The notes below the pieces were generated by a model, which worked only from the letters and a program-made list of their open reading frames with translations, had not been told where the DNA came from and ran no database searches. Both the position numbers and the translations under genes were made by a program. From Bacilli bacterium (GTDB lineage: Bacteria > Bacillota_I > Bacilli_A > RFN20 > UBA1709), in assembly GCA_050949315.1 (NCBI GenBank), contig JBMNFL010000001.1, positions 224,001 through 288,000 of the forward strand: 64,000 nucleotides of DNA, given 5' to 3'. Each line of letters starts with the position of its first letter. The first letter of the stretch is position 1. Positions 37,841-47,159 of this stretch are shown in pieces.

Positions 37841-39687
37841 TGCACGAAGAATTTGATAGCATCAACCTTAAGGGTAAACTTGATTTTAAAGTTTGGAAGA
37901 AAATTTTCAGTTATATTGCACAGTATAAAAAACTGATAGTTTTTGGCGTTATCAGTATTATTGCTACCGCCTTATTAGAAACGCTTATTATCGAATACTT
38001 ATCCCAGGCAGGAATTCAAAGATTTGTTAGCAGTGGTGCTGCTTTTGATCAAAACGCCTTTATTCTTTTTGTTCTGGGTATGGCTGGTTTAATTGTGGCT
38101 GAGGCAATTGCGGTTAAGATCTTTATCACTTGCTGCGCGCGCTTAGACTTACATATGTATGAAAATCTCGCCCGAGCGGAATTTAAGCACCTACAAGGCT
38201 TATCTTACTCCTTCTTTGATAAATACTCGGTCGGTTGGTTAATCGCTAGAGTAACCTCGGATACTGGGCGTTTAGGCGAAATTATCTCTTGGGGACTTAA
38301 CGATATCATCTGGGCCTTCTTTAAATTAATCTTTATTTTAATCTTTATGATGCGCTACAGTGTGAAACTATCCTTGATCATGTTGATTATCGTTCCAATT
38401 ATTCTCGCAATCAGCATTCCTTTCAGGCGGGTTGTGGTTAAATACTTTTGGAAGATAAGGAAGATTAATGCTCAGGTAACCTCATCCTTAAACGAGGGTA
38501 TCATGGGGGCTACGACTTCGAAATCGTTAGTTTTAGAAGAAAAAAATCTCCGTAATTTCTCGGGTTTAGTGAAAAATTATCGTTCAACCTCTATTCGGGC
38601 CGCCGTCTTTACCTCACTTTACTATCAGTCCGTGGCGATAGTTGCGGCCTTAGGTATCGCTTTAATGTGTTACTATGGTGGTTATGAAGCTTATATTGGT
38701 GGTATTGAAACCGGTTTGCTTTTCATGTTTATCTCTTATACTACGATGTTCTTTGAACCGGTGCTTAGTATTGCTAGAATCAGCAACCAGATGAAGCAAG
38801 CCCAAGTGGCTGCGGAACGGGTATTTAACCTATTAAATGTGGAAACTGAAATCCCTGATACCTTAGAAGTTATTGAAAAATACGGGGATTATGATAATCC
38901 TAAGAAAGAGAATTGGGAAGAGTTAAACGGTGATGTTGAATTTAAAGATGTCAGTTTTGCCTACTCAGGTACTAACAAAACTGTCTTAAAGAACTTTAAC
39001 CTGAGGGTTAAAAAAGGAATGACCGTCGCCTTAGTTGGCGAGACAGGGGCTGGTAAGTCAACTATTGTCAACTTGCTCTGTCGTTTTTATGAGCCTACTA
39101 GTGGCACCATTAACATCGATGGGCGTTGTTATAAAGAGCGTTCAGTTGGCTGGTTACATGCCAATTTAGGTTATGTTATGCAGACACCACACTTGTTTAG
39201 TGGTACAATTAAAGAGAATATCCGTTATGGCAATTTAGAAGCCAGTGATGAAGAGATTATTGCGGCAGCTAAGGCTGCTAACGCTCATGACTTTATATCA
39301 AAGTTAGATAAAGGCTATGATACTGAAGTTGGTGAAGGTGGAAGTCGTCTTTCTCAAGGCCAAAAACAGTTAGTTTCCTTTGCTAGGGCCATTGTCGCCG
39401 ATCCGCGCATTTTAGTTTTAGATGAAGCGACTAGTTCCATTGATACTGAAACTGAGATGGTCATTCAAAAAGCCATCGGGAATATCTTAAAAGGACGCAC
39501 CTCCTTTGTTATTGCCCACCGTTTATCTACGATTACCAATGCCGATTTAATCTTAGTTATCAAGGACGGCATGTTGACTGAAAAGGGCACACATCAGGAG
39601 TTATTAGCACTTAAGGGCTACTACTATAAGCTTTATACCAATCAATTTGTTGAAGATAAAATGAAGGAAATGAAGATCGTTTCCTAG
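37840..39687 (+). CDS. ABC exporter TMD-NBD subunit (heterodimer partner)
   Basis: GETGAGKS, LSQGQ, LVLDE, AHRL; TAATG coupling to upstream gene. Confidence 0.93.
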   Translation: MHEEFDSINLKGKLDFKVWKKIFSYIAQYKKLIVFGVISIIATALLETLIIEYLSQAGIQRFVSSGAAFDQNAFILFVLGMAGLIVAEAIAVKIFITCCARLDLHMYENLARAEFKHLQGLSYSFFDKYSVGWLIARVTSDTGRLGEIISWGLNDIIWAFFKLIFILIFMMRYSVKLSLIMLIIVPIILAISIPFRRVVVKYFWKIRKINAQVTSSLNEGIMGATTSKSLVLEEKNLRNFSGLVKNYRSTSIRAAVFTSLYYQSVAIVAALGIALMCYYGGYEAYIGGIETGLLFMFISYTTMFFEPVLSIARISNQMKQAQVAAERVFNLLNVETEIPDTLEVIEKYGDYDNPKKENWEELNGDVEFKDVSFAYSGTNKTVLKNFNLRVKKGMTVALVGETGAGKSTIVNLLCRFYEPTSGTINIDGRCYKERSVGWLHANLGYVMQTPHLFSGTIKENIRYGNLEASDEEIIAAAKAANAHDFISKLDKGYDTEVGEGGSRLSQGQKQLVSFARAIVADPRILVLDEATSSIDTETEMVIQKAIGNILKGRTSFVIAHRLSTITNADLILVIKDGMLTEKGTHQELLALKGYYYKLYTNQFVEDKMKEMKIVS

Positions 39688-39698
39688 AAGGGAGCAGT

Positions 39699-40442
39699 AT
39701 GGAACTAAAAGAATATTTAGACTATTTAGTTGATTTTCTCAAAGATTACCTAAAGAAGGCTAATGCCGATGGCTATGTGCTCGGTGTTTCGGGTGGTGTT
39801 GATTCCGCTGTCTGCGCCCAATTAATAAAAAGAGCCTGTGGTGATAACTGCTTGGGCCTTATTTTACCTTGTTATTCTGAGCCTACAGACACCGAAGATG
39901 CCATTTTAGCTTGTAAAGCGGCCAATTTAGAGTTTAAGACTATAAGTCTTAACGATAATTTTGACATCTTTAAAAAGTTGTTAATTAGTAGTTTTAAAGT
40001 AGAAAATAATAGCAATAGCCTTATGACATTTGCTAACCTAAAAGCGCGTCTAAGGATGCTTACACTTTACGCGACGGCCCAATTAAAAAGGTACTTAGTT
40101 ATCGGCACTGATAATCTAGCCGAGTACTATGTGGGTTACTTTACTAAGCACGGTGATGGGGCCTGTGACATTTTACCTTTGGTGCGTCTAACTAAAACCG
40201 AGGTGACTGAGGCGGCTAGGATTTTAGGGGTTCCCGAAAAAATTATCAATAAGCGCCCCACGGCGGGACTTATTGAGAGTAGTTATGATGAGCTAGAGTT
40301 GGGCTTTAGTTATAAAGATCTTGATGCTTTCTTAAGGAAACAGGAAATTGACCCCAGAATTAGGGCGAAAATTGAGCAAATGCATAAGAATAGCGCCCAT
40401 AAGCGCGCCTTAGCGCCAAGACCTAAGCCTTTCCGGCCATAA
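39699..40442 (+). CDS. nadE: NH3-dependent NAD synthetase
   Basis: GVSGGVDS, NLKARLRM, GYFTKHGDG, PTAGL. Confidence 0.96.
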   Translation: MELKEYLDYLVDFLKDYLKKANADGYVLGVSGGVDSAVCAQLIKRACGDNCLGLILPCYSEPTDTEDAILACKAANLEFKTISLNDNFDIFKKLLISSFKVENNSNSLMTFANLKARLRMLTLYATAQLKRYLVIGTDNLAEYYVGYFTKHGDGACDILPLVRLTKTEVTEAARILGVPEKIINKRPTAGLIESSYDELELGFSYKDLDAFLRKQEIDPRIRAKIEQMHKNSAHKRALAPRPKPFRP

Positions 40443-40447
40443 ATTTT

Positions 40448-40477
40448 ACGCTTTGACATAGTCAAGGCGTTTTTTTT
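40448..40477 (+). terminator. Terminator after nadE
   Basis: ACGCTTTGAC-ata-GTCAAGGCGT plus T-tract. Confidence 0.7.
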
Positions 40478-40514
40478 ATGTTATCATATACAAAGTTAAA
40501 AAGGAGGTGTTAGG

Positions 40515-41096
40515 GTGTTTGATTACATCATTGGCTACGTAAGAGAAGTAAAACCAAATATGATTGTTTTAGAAAGCAATAACGTTGGTTATCAGTTAAG
40601 TATTGCTAATCCCAGTTTTTATAAACTCGGGGAACTTATGAAAATCTACACCTTTTTACACGTAAGAGATGATGCTTTTGTTCTCTATGGTTTTAAAGAT
40701 CAAGAGGAAAGGCGTCTTTTCCTCAAATTAATTGACGTTTCGGGTTTAGGTCCCAAAACCGTTATCGGAATGTTCGTTAATGTCACGGCCCCTCAATTGA
40801 TCCAGGCGATTGAGACGAGTAACACCGCTTTTTTAAAGAAATTACCAGGAATTGGTCCCAAGGCGGCCCAGCAAATCATCCTTGATTTAAAGGGAAAATT
40901 GGTTTTAGATAGCGACGTTGCCGCTGGTGTTAAAATTAGTAATGAATTAGAAGAAACACGCGAGGCTTTAAAGTCTTTAGGCTTTAAAGTCAGTGAAATT
41001 GATGGGGTTTTAGCCAAATTAAGTAAGACTAAAGCCACCACCAAAGAGTATCTAAAACAAGCTTTAAAAATGCTTAACAAAGCAAAAACATATTAA
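40515..41096 (+). CDS. ruvA: Holliday junction branch migration protein RuvA
   Basis: VRDD..LYGF, VSGLGPK, PGIGPKAAQQIILDLK, ALKSLGF. Confidence 0.97.
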   Translation: MFDYIIGYVREVKPNMIVLESNNVGYQLSIANPSFYKLGELMKIYTFLHVRDDAFVLYGFKDQEERRLFLKLIDVSGLGPKTVIGMFVNVTAPQLIQAIETSNTAFLKKLPGIGPKAAQQIILDLKGKLVLDSDVAAGVKISNELEETREALKSLGFKVSEIDGVLAKLSKTKATTKEYLKQALKMLNKAKTY

Positions 41097-41108
41097 GGGA
41101 GAAAAAAG

Positions 41109-42116
41109 ATGGAAGATAGACTAGTAAGTGGCAGTTATGACGCTACTATTGATTCTGATGAATTGTCATTACGTCCACGGACTCTTGCTGAATATGTCGG
41201 TCAAACTAACAATAAGCATAACTTAGGTGTTTTTATCGCGGCCGCTTGTTCACGTAATGAAGCTTTGGATCATGTCTTACTATATGGTCCTCCAGGTTTA
41301 GGAAAAACCACTCTAGCTCATGTCATCGCTCATGAAATGGGGGGAAATATTCGCGTTATCAGTGGACCAAGTATTGAAAAAACTGGGGATTTAGCAGCGA
41401 TTTTAACAACTTTAAATGCAGGAGATATCCTTTTTATTGATGAAATCCATCGTTTACCACGAATAGTAGAAGAACTTATGTATTCAGCGATGGAAGATTA
41501 TGTTATCAATATCGTAGTCGGCAAAGATGCTGGCGCCCATTCAATCAGTTTAGATCTACCGCCCTTTACCTTAGTTGGAGCAACGACTAGGGCTGGAGAC
41601 TTATCAGCACCTCTACGTGATCGCTTTGGTATCACCTTAAAATTAGAATACTATTCGCAATTAGAAATTGCCCAAATTGTCCGCAGGACAAGTAAAGTTT
41701 TTGAATGCCCGATTGATGAAGCCGCGGTAGAAGAAATTTCTATGCGCTCTAGAGGGACACCAAGGGTGGCCAATCGTTTATTTAGACGTATTCGCGACTT
41801 TGCCACTGTTAAAAATGAAGGGACCATATCCTTAGAGGTTGCTAAACACGCTCTTGATGCTCTGCGGGTGGATTCTTTAGGCTTAGATAGCATGGATTTA
41901 CGTTATTTAAAGGGTATTATCGTGCGTTTTAAGGGTGGACCTGTTGGCTTAGAAGCCATCGCAGCCGCCATCGGTGAAGAGGTTATGACCTTGGAAGATG
42001 TCTGTGAACCCTATCTCCTACAGATTGGGATGATTAACCGCACGCCACGGGGAAGAATCGCCACTGAAAAGGCTTATGCTCATTTGAAGTTACCTTACCA
42101 AGGAACCCTAGTTTAG
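41109..42116 (+). CDS. ruvB: Holliday junction DNA helicase RuvB
   Basis: [35 protein letters not shown]. Confidence 0.99.
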   Translation: MEDRLVSGSYDATIDSDELSLRPRTLAEYVGQTNNKHNLGVFIAAACSRNEALDHVLLYGPPGLGKTTLAHVIAHEMGGNIRVISGPSIEKTGDLAAILTTLNAGDILFIDEIHRLPRIVEELMYSAMEDYVINIVVGKDAGAHSISLDLPPFTLVGATTRAGDLSAPLRDRFGITLKLEYYSQLEIAQIVRRTSKVFECPIDEAAVEEISMRSRGTPRVANRLFRRIRDFATVKNEGTISLEVAKHALDALRVDSLGLDSMDLRYLKGIIVRFKGGPVGLEAIAAAIGEEVMTLEDVCEPYLLQIGMINRTPRGRIATEKAYAHLKLPYQGTLV

Positions 42117-42129
42117 GGTTCTTTTCTTT
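42103..42129 (+). terminator. Terminator after ruvB
   Basis: GAACCCTA-gtt-TAGGGTTC plus T-tract. Confidence 0.7.
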
Positions 42130-42265
42130 GATAAGTAGGCAAAATTAAGCGATTTTTGTTGAATTGCCAAGGGAATAGTGTTAAAGTTAAAAGCGATATT
42201 ATTTATCAGCTTTTTTACTTTGTTTATAAACAAAGACAAAAGAAGGTAAAAAATGGAGGGTTACG

Positions 42266-44776
42266 ATGCGTAGATTAATTGCTTTTATCAGCCTAGCCAT
42301 CGCCATGATTGTGATAGCGATTGCCGGCGTTCCAACTTTGACTAATCGCTTAAAGGCGGGAACCGAGTTTCAGGGCGGTTATGACATTCTTTATAAGGTG
42401 ACAACCTCGGATGGGGTCAGTTATCAAGGAACGGCTTTAAAAAATGTCATGACTAAAGCCACTAAAACGGTCAACGATCGTCTTAATGCTTTAAATATTT
42501 CCTATCCCCAAGTTTCAGTGGAAGACGAGGAGTATATCCGCGTAACTGTCCCAGCCAACAGCGAAAGCGAACTCAATTTAATTCGTAACACCCTTATTTC
42601 TAATGGAAAAATCAGCCTTCGTGATATCGATGATAAATTATTAGCCACGGGTGAAGAATTGATCAGCTTCATTTCTTTAGTTTACCGTGATGGTGTCCCC
42701 TATATGGGCGTCAAAATTAAGAATTATGACAAGCTTAAAGAGATAACAACGGCCCAGGCTAGAAAATATACTGGCAAAGAAAACGATCCCACTAGCGCGA
42801 TTGTTTTCTGGCTGGGTTTTGAAGAGACTTATAGTGAAAACACCAAGGAAGAAACAGGTTTTGACGGTGATAGCTATGCTAATTTACAGAATAATGTCTA
42901 TAGTCAGTGGAAAGTCTTGTCAACTTTAGCTATTGATGCCCCCATTGAGGAAGACTTTACCGTTCAAGGGGCTTTTACCGAGACTAATATGGCGGTTTTA
43001 AACAGTATTCTTTCAACAGATCCCGTTAACTATACTCTAACGGAAGAATACTATTCTGAACATGGTAGTGTGCTTGGAGAAGACGTTCCAAATAGGGTTC
43101 TGTTGGCAGCTCTTATCGGTTTAGCCATCATCGCAATTCTAATGATTATCGCCTATCGTTTTGCGGGACTTATCGCCATTTTGTCTATTATCCTACACAG
43201 CGTTTTAGTTTTGGCTTCCTATAATTTAATCGGTGGTTTATTCGGTAGTGATACTGTTGCGGCTTTGACAATTGGTATCACTTTAGCCGTCAATGCCAAC
43301 GTCATTTTGGTTGAACGCATCAAAGATGAGATAAGAAAAGGGAAGAGTTTAGCCCGTTCTTATACGGAAGGATCTAAAAAATCGGTTTCCACCATCCTAG
43401 ATTCAACAGTACTGGTAACCCTTGCTTCTTTGGCTTTGTATTTATTAGGAAATCAGGTGGTTAAAAGTTTTGCCGCGGTGATGATCATCACCCAAGTTTC
43501 TATTATTATCGTCGTCGTTTTACTAACAAGATTACTGCTATCTCTTGTCTGCAATAACAAAAAACTCGAGGGAAAAACCGAGTGGTTTGGTGTTAGTAGC
43601 AAGGAGATTGAAGATATAAGCAATCTTGAAGAATACACCAAGAAAAGTGTTTTTGATAAGACCAATTTCCTCTTTGATTTTAAAAAGTTGATTATTGGAC
43701 CGGCTCTTGTGGTTTTGCTTGGCATAGTCATTGGCTTAATCGGTCAAGTAAGCAATCATAAATTTTTCAACTATAATAGTCAAATGAGTGGAGGGACACG
43801 CATTTATTTTAAGACTATCGATCCTAAATTTTCCACTGAAGATGGCGTCATTAAATTCTTTGTTTCTGAGGCCTACGCTAAAAGAAGTCCTAGCGAAGTC
43901 ACGATTGGAACATCGCATGTTAACTATAGCAGTGATGACCTTGTACAGTATAAAGAAACTTTCGCCGCTTATGGATTAGATACCACGACTGTTAGTCGTA
44001 ATAGGGTAACGGTCTATAATGTTGTTGTCACTTTTGATCGCCATTTGGATAACACCTCAAAAGAGGCCATTAACGATTATTTTGAGGCGGAAAAAGCAGC
44101 CTTTTATGATAGTGATAAGAGCATTGAACTCTTAAAAACCAATTATACTTTGGCAGATTATAAGCCCTATTCTGGTCAGGCGACTATTGTAAACGCCTTA
44201 AAGGCCTTTGCGGCTTTGATAGTGGTTAGTTTGCTTTATCTAGCCATTCGCTTCAGTTGGTCGTATGCTGTGGCTGGCATTATCACTTTAACCCATAATG
44301 TTTTGTTAATACTGGGCTTACTGGCAATAACTCGCTTGAGTTTCGGTATTGAAACGGTGATTATTATTCTAGCTTTGCTTCTTTATTCTATTAATAATAT
44401 GGTCGTCACTTTTGATCGATTAAGGGAAAGTGTGGCCGAATCAAAAGAAGTTTGGACTACTGAGAGTAGGAGAGTCTACTACAATAAAGCCTTGCAAGAT
44501 ACGATGTATGGTCAAATCTTTAGTGCTATTAGCTTATTTGCCATCATCATCGCCTTACTACTTTTCTCCGGCGCCAGTATCCTTGCAGCCAATGTTATTT
44601 TAGCCCTAGCCTCTATAGTAGCCTTTTATGGTTGCTATCTCTTTTTACCCCATATTTGGGTCTATTTTGATAGTCATTTTGCCGTACTTCGTGCCAAACG
44701 GAAAGCTCGCAAAAAACCCCGGGTTAAAGAGGCTAATGAAGTCGAAGAATACATCTTCTTTGGCGTTAACGATTAA
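42266..44776 (+). CDS. secDF: Protein translocase subunit SecDF (fused, divergent)
   Basis: G.EFQGG..ILY, ANV...ERIKDE, GGT, YSIN..VVTFDRLRE; 12-TM layout; ruvB-secDF-rel synteny. Confidence 0.9.
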   Translation: MRRLIAFISLAIAMIVIAIAGVPTLTNRLKAGTEFQGGYDILYKVTTSDGVSYQGTALKNVMTKATKTVNDRLNALNISYPQVSVEDEEYIRVTVPANSESELNLIRNTLISNGKISLRDIDDKLLATGEELISFISLVYRDGVPYMGVKIKNYDKLKEITTAQARKYTGKENDPTSAIVFWLGFEETYSENTKEETGFDGDSYANLQNNVYSQWKVLSTLAIDAPIEEDFTVQGAFTETNMAVLNSILSTDPVNYTLTEEYYSEHGSVLGEDVPNRVLLAALIGLAIIAILMIIAYRFAGLIAILSIILHSVLVLASYNLIGGLFGSDTVAALTIGITLAVNANVILVERIKDEIRKGKSLARSYTEGSKKSVSTILDSTVLVTLASLALYLLGNQVVKSFAAVMIITQVSIIIVVVLLTRLLLSLVCNNKKLEGKTEWFGVSSKEIEDISNLEEYTKKSVFDKTNFLFDFKKLIIGPALVVLLGIVIGLIGQVSNHKFFNYNSQMSGGTRIYFKTIDPKFSTEDGVIKFFVSEAYAKRSPSEVTIGTSHVNYSSDDLVQYKETFAAYGLDTTTVSRNRVTVYNVVVTFDRHLDNTSKEAINDYFEAEKAAFYDSDKSIELLKTNYTLADYKPYSGQATIVNALKAFAALIVVSLLYLAIRFSWSYAVAGIITLTHNVLLILGLLAITRLSFGIETVIIILALLLYSINNMVVTFDRLRESVAESKEVWTTESRRVYYNKALQDTMYGQIFSAISLFAIIIALLLFSGASILAANVILALASIVAFYGCYLFLPHIWVYFDSHFAVLRAKRKARKKPRVKEANEVEEYIFFGVND

Positions 44777-44823
44777 TATAATTTATACTTCCTGACAAGG
44801 TAGAAAGTGAGGTGACACCTTGG

Positions 44824-47025
44824 ATGGAAAAGAACTCAAAATCTTTCGACGAGGTGTTAACTGTAGCCGGGCGCTACCTTACCCAGAAAGAAAGTATTGA
44901 TTTAATCACCGCGGCTTATGAATATGCCAAGAAGGCTCACGACGGTCAGTTTCGCAAAACCGGTGATCCTTATGTTAGTCATGTTGTTAATGTCGCTTAT
45001 ATTTTAGCAAGTCTTCAGGCTGGCCCACAAACCATCGCCGCCGGTTTATTACACGATACGATTGAGGATTGTGGGAAAGAATATAGTGAAATTGCTGAAC
45101 TTTTTGGTATTGAAGTGGCCGACATGGTGGAAGCGGTAACCAAAGTCGGTCGTTTAAAAACCGCCACCAATGAAGAATTCGAAGCGGAAAACCACCGCAA
45201 AATCTTTATTGCCATGGCTAAAGATATTCGGGTGATTATCATAAAACTTGCTGATCGCCTGCACAATATGCGCACCCTTTATGCTCATGAATATTATGGA
45301 CAACAAAAGCGAATTGCCCAGGAAACCCTTAAGGTTTTTGCCCCCATTGCTCATCGACTCGGTATCAATACCGTCAAAAGCGAACTAGAAGATTTAGCCC
45401 TAAAATATTTAGAACCTGAAAAGTACGGCCTAATCAAAAACCTCTTAGCTAAAAAAGAGATTGAACGCAAGGCTACCTTAGATGCGATGAATGTTCGAAT
45501 TGAAAATTTGTTAAAACAATACAACATCCCGCATAGTATTTCTGGCCGGGTAAAAAGCATCTACAGTATTTATAAAAAGATGTTTGTCAATCATCGGATG
45601 TTTGAAGAAATCTATGATTTGCATGCCCTGCGTATCATCACCGATACCGTCCCGCATTGCTATGAGATTTTAGGTTATATTCACGCGACTTATCGACCAA
45701 TTCCCGGTCGTTTTAAGGATTATGTAGCTATGCCTAAGCCTAATCTATACCAATCCTTACACACCACCATCGTCGCTGAAGATGGGGCGATTTTTGAAAT
45801 TCAAATCCGCACTAAGGATATGGATGAAATTGCCGAGACCGGTGTTGCCGCCCACTGGCGCTATAAAGAAAACACTAACTATAGCTCTAAGGCTGAGCAA
45901 AAAGAAATTGAAGAAAAACTCCACTGGTTTAGGGAGCTAGTTTCCATCAGTGATGAACAAGCGGAAATCAACGCTAGAGAATATATGGAGTCCTTACAAC
46001 AGGATATCTTTGAAGCTAATGTCTACGTTTTAACCCCCAAGGGACGAGTCATTGATCTACCTAAAGGGTCGACACCTGTTGATTTTGCCTATCGTGTTCA
46101 CACCCAAGTTGGACACAATACCATCGGAGCCACGGTCAATGGGGTTTTAGTACCGCTCAGCACCCATTTAAAGACGGGGGATGTAGTAGATATCAAAACC
46201 AGTAAATTGCCACAACTTCCCAATGAAGACTGGTTAAAGTTTGTCAAAACGAATGGGGCTAAAAACTCTATTAAAAAAGCTATTATGAAGAGCAATCTTG
46301 ACCAGCGTAAAGATGAATTTATCGCTCAGGGGCGTGAGATGGTTGAGAATGCCTTGAAAAATGATAAAAATATTGATTATCAAAACGCTGTTAAGAAACT
46401 TGATGACAAGAAATTTTTAAGTTTAATGAATGTTGAAACTCTTGATGCTTTATATACCGCGATTGCTACTAAAAACAGTACGCTAGGAACCCTGCTTGGT
46501 CATCTTCGCAACGTTGAGAAAAAAGAGAACATTCAAGAGTTTGCTAAAAAGAAAATTATCGAGAATATTTCAGGAGTTATTGTTCCTGGTATCGATACGG
46601 TAGCCATCACCTTTTCTCAGTGCTGTTCCCCAATTCCTGGTGATGAAATTGTCGGCTATATTTCCAAAGGGAAGGGCATTAAAGTCCATCGTATTGATTG
46701 CCATAATGTCCGCCAAGAATCTCGGCGTTTAATTGATATAAAATGGGACTATGAGTGGATTAAAGAAAATACCAGTCTATACTATGTAGACATTCAAGTT
46801 AGGGCCGCAGATCGTCCTCAACTCATGTCCGGTGTTGTCAATCATTTGTCGATGCTAAAAGTTAGTGTTAACTCGGTCAATCGTGTAAGAGATCCCAGTA
46901 GCATGGGCGTGGCTTTAAATCTCTGTATTCAAGTTCGCAATGCTCTTCATCTACAAGAGATCATGAATTCTCTGGGAAACAATGTGACAGGAGTAACGAG
47001 TATTGAACGCATTACTAAATCTTAA
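44824..47025 (+). CDS. relA: Bifunctional (p)ppGpp synthetase/hydrolase Rel
   Basis: RKTGDPY, LHDTIED, KLADRLHNMRT, YQSLHT, EIQIRT, TGS, CC and ACT domains; ATG 44824 has GAGGTG RBS (GTG 44812 alternative). Confidence 0.97.
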   Translation: MEKNSKSFDEVLTVAGRYLTQKESIDLITAAYEYAKKAHDGQFRKTGDPYVSHVVNVAYILASLQAGPQTIAAGLLHDTIEDCGKEYSEIAELFGIEVADMVEAVTKVGRLKTATNEEFEAENHRKIFIAMAKDIRVIIIKLADRLHNMRTLYAHEYYGQQKRIAQETLKVFAPIAHRLGINTVKSELEDLALKYLEPEKYGLIKNLLAKKEIERKATLDAMNVRIENLLKQYNIPHSISGRVKSIYSIYKKMFVNHRMFEEIYDLHALRIITDTVPHCYEILGYIHATYRPIPGRFKDYVAMPKPNLYQSLHTTIVAEDGAIFEIQIRTKDMDEIAETGVAAHWRYKENTNYSSKAEQKEIEEKLHWFRELVSISDEQAEINAREYMESLQQDIFEANVYVLTPKGRVIDLPKGSTPVDFAYRVHTQVGHNTIGATVNGVLVPLSTHLKTGDVVDIKTSKLPQLPNEDWLKFVKTNGAKNSIKKAIMKSNLDQRKDEFIAQGREMVENALKNDKNIDYQNAVKKLDDKKFLSLMNVETLDALYTAIATKNSTLGTLLGHLRNVEKKENIQEFAKKKIIENISGVIVPGIDTVAITFSQCCSPIPGDEIVGYISKGKGIKVHRIDCHNVRQESRRLIDIKWDYEWIKENTSLYYVDIQVRAADRPQLMSGVVNHLSMLKVSVNSVNRVRDPSSMGVALNLCIQVRNALHLQEIMNSLGNNVTGVTSIERITKS

Positions 47026-47026
47026 T

Positions 47027-47049
47027 AAAACGCCAAATAGGCGTTTTTT
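47027..47049 (+). terminator. Terminator after rel
   Basis: AAAACGCC-aaata-GGCGTTTT plus T. Confidence 0.65.
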
Positions 47050-47050
47050 A

Positions 47051-47079
47051 TTGACTAGTAAGGGCGCGCGTGTGATAAT
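47051..47079 (+). promoter_or_regulatory. Sigma-A-like promoter of hisS-aspS
   Basis: TTGACT-17 bp-GATAAT with TG extension. Confidence 0.6.
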
Positions 47080-47159
47080 AAAACCGAAATCCTTGGAAGA
47101 AGAAAACGCGTTTTTAGTAAACTTCCAAGATAAAATTTTTCTTTAATGGAGGAGAACTT

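Noticed and set aside
36047-39687. ABC pair as the dedicated exporter for the double-glycine peptide
   Set aside because: Neither subunit has an N-terminal C39 peptidase domain; ordinary heterodimeric exporter in the obgE-nadE operon
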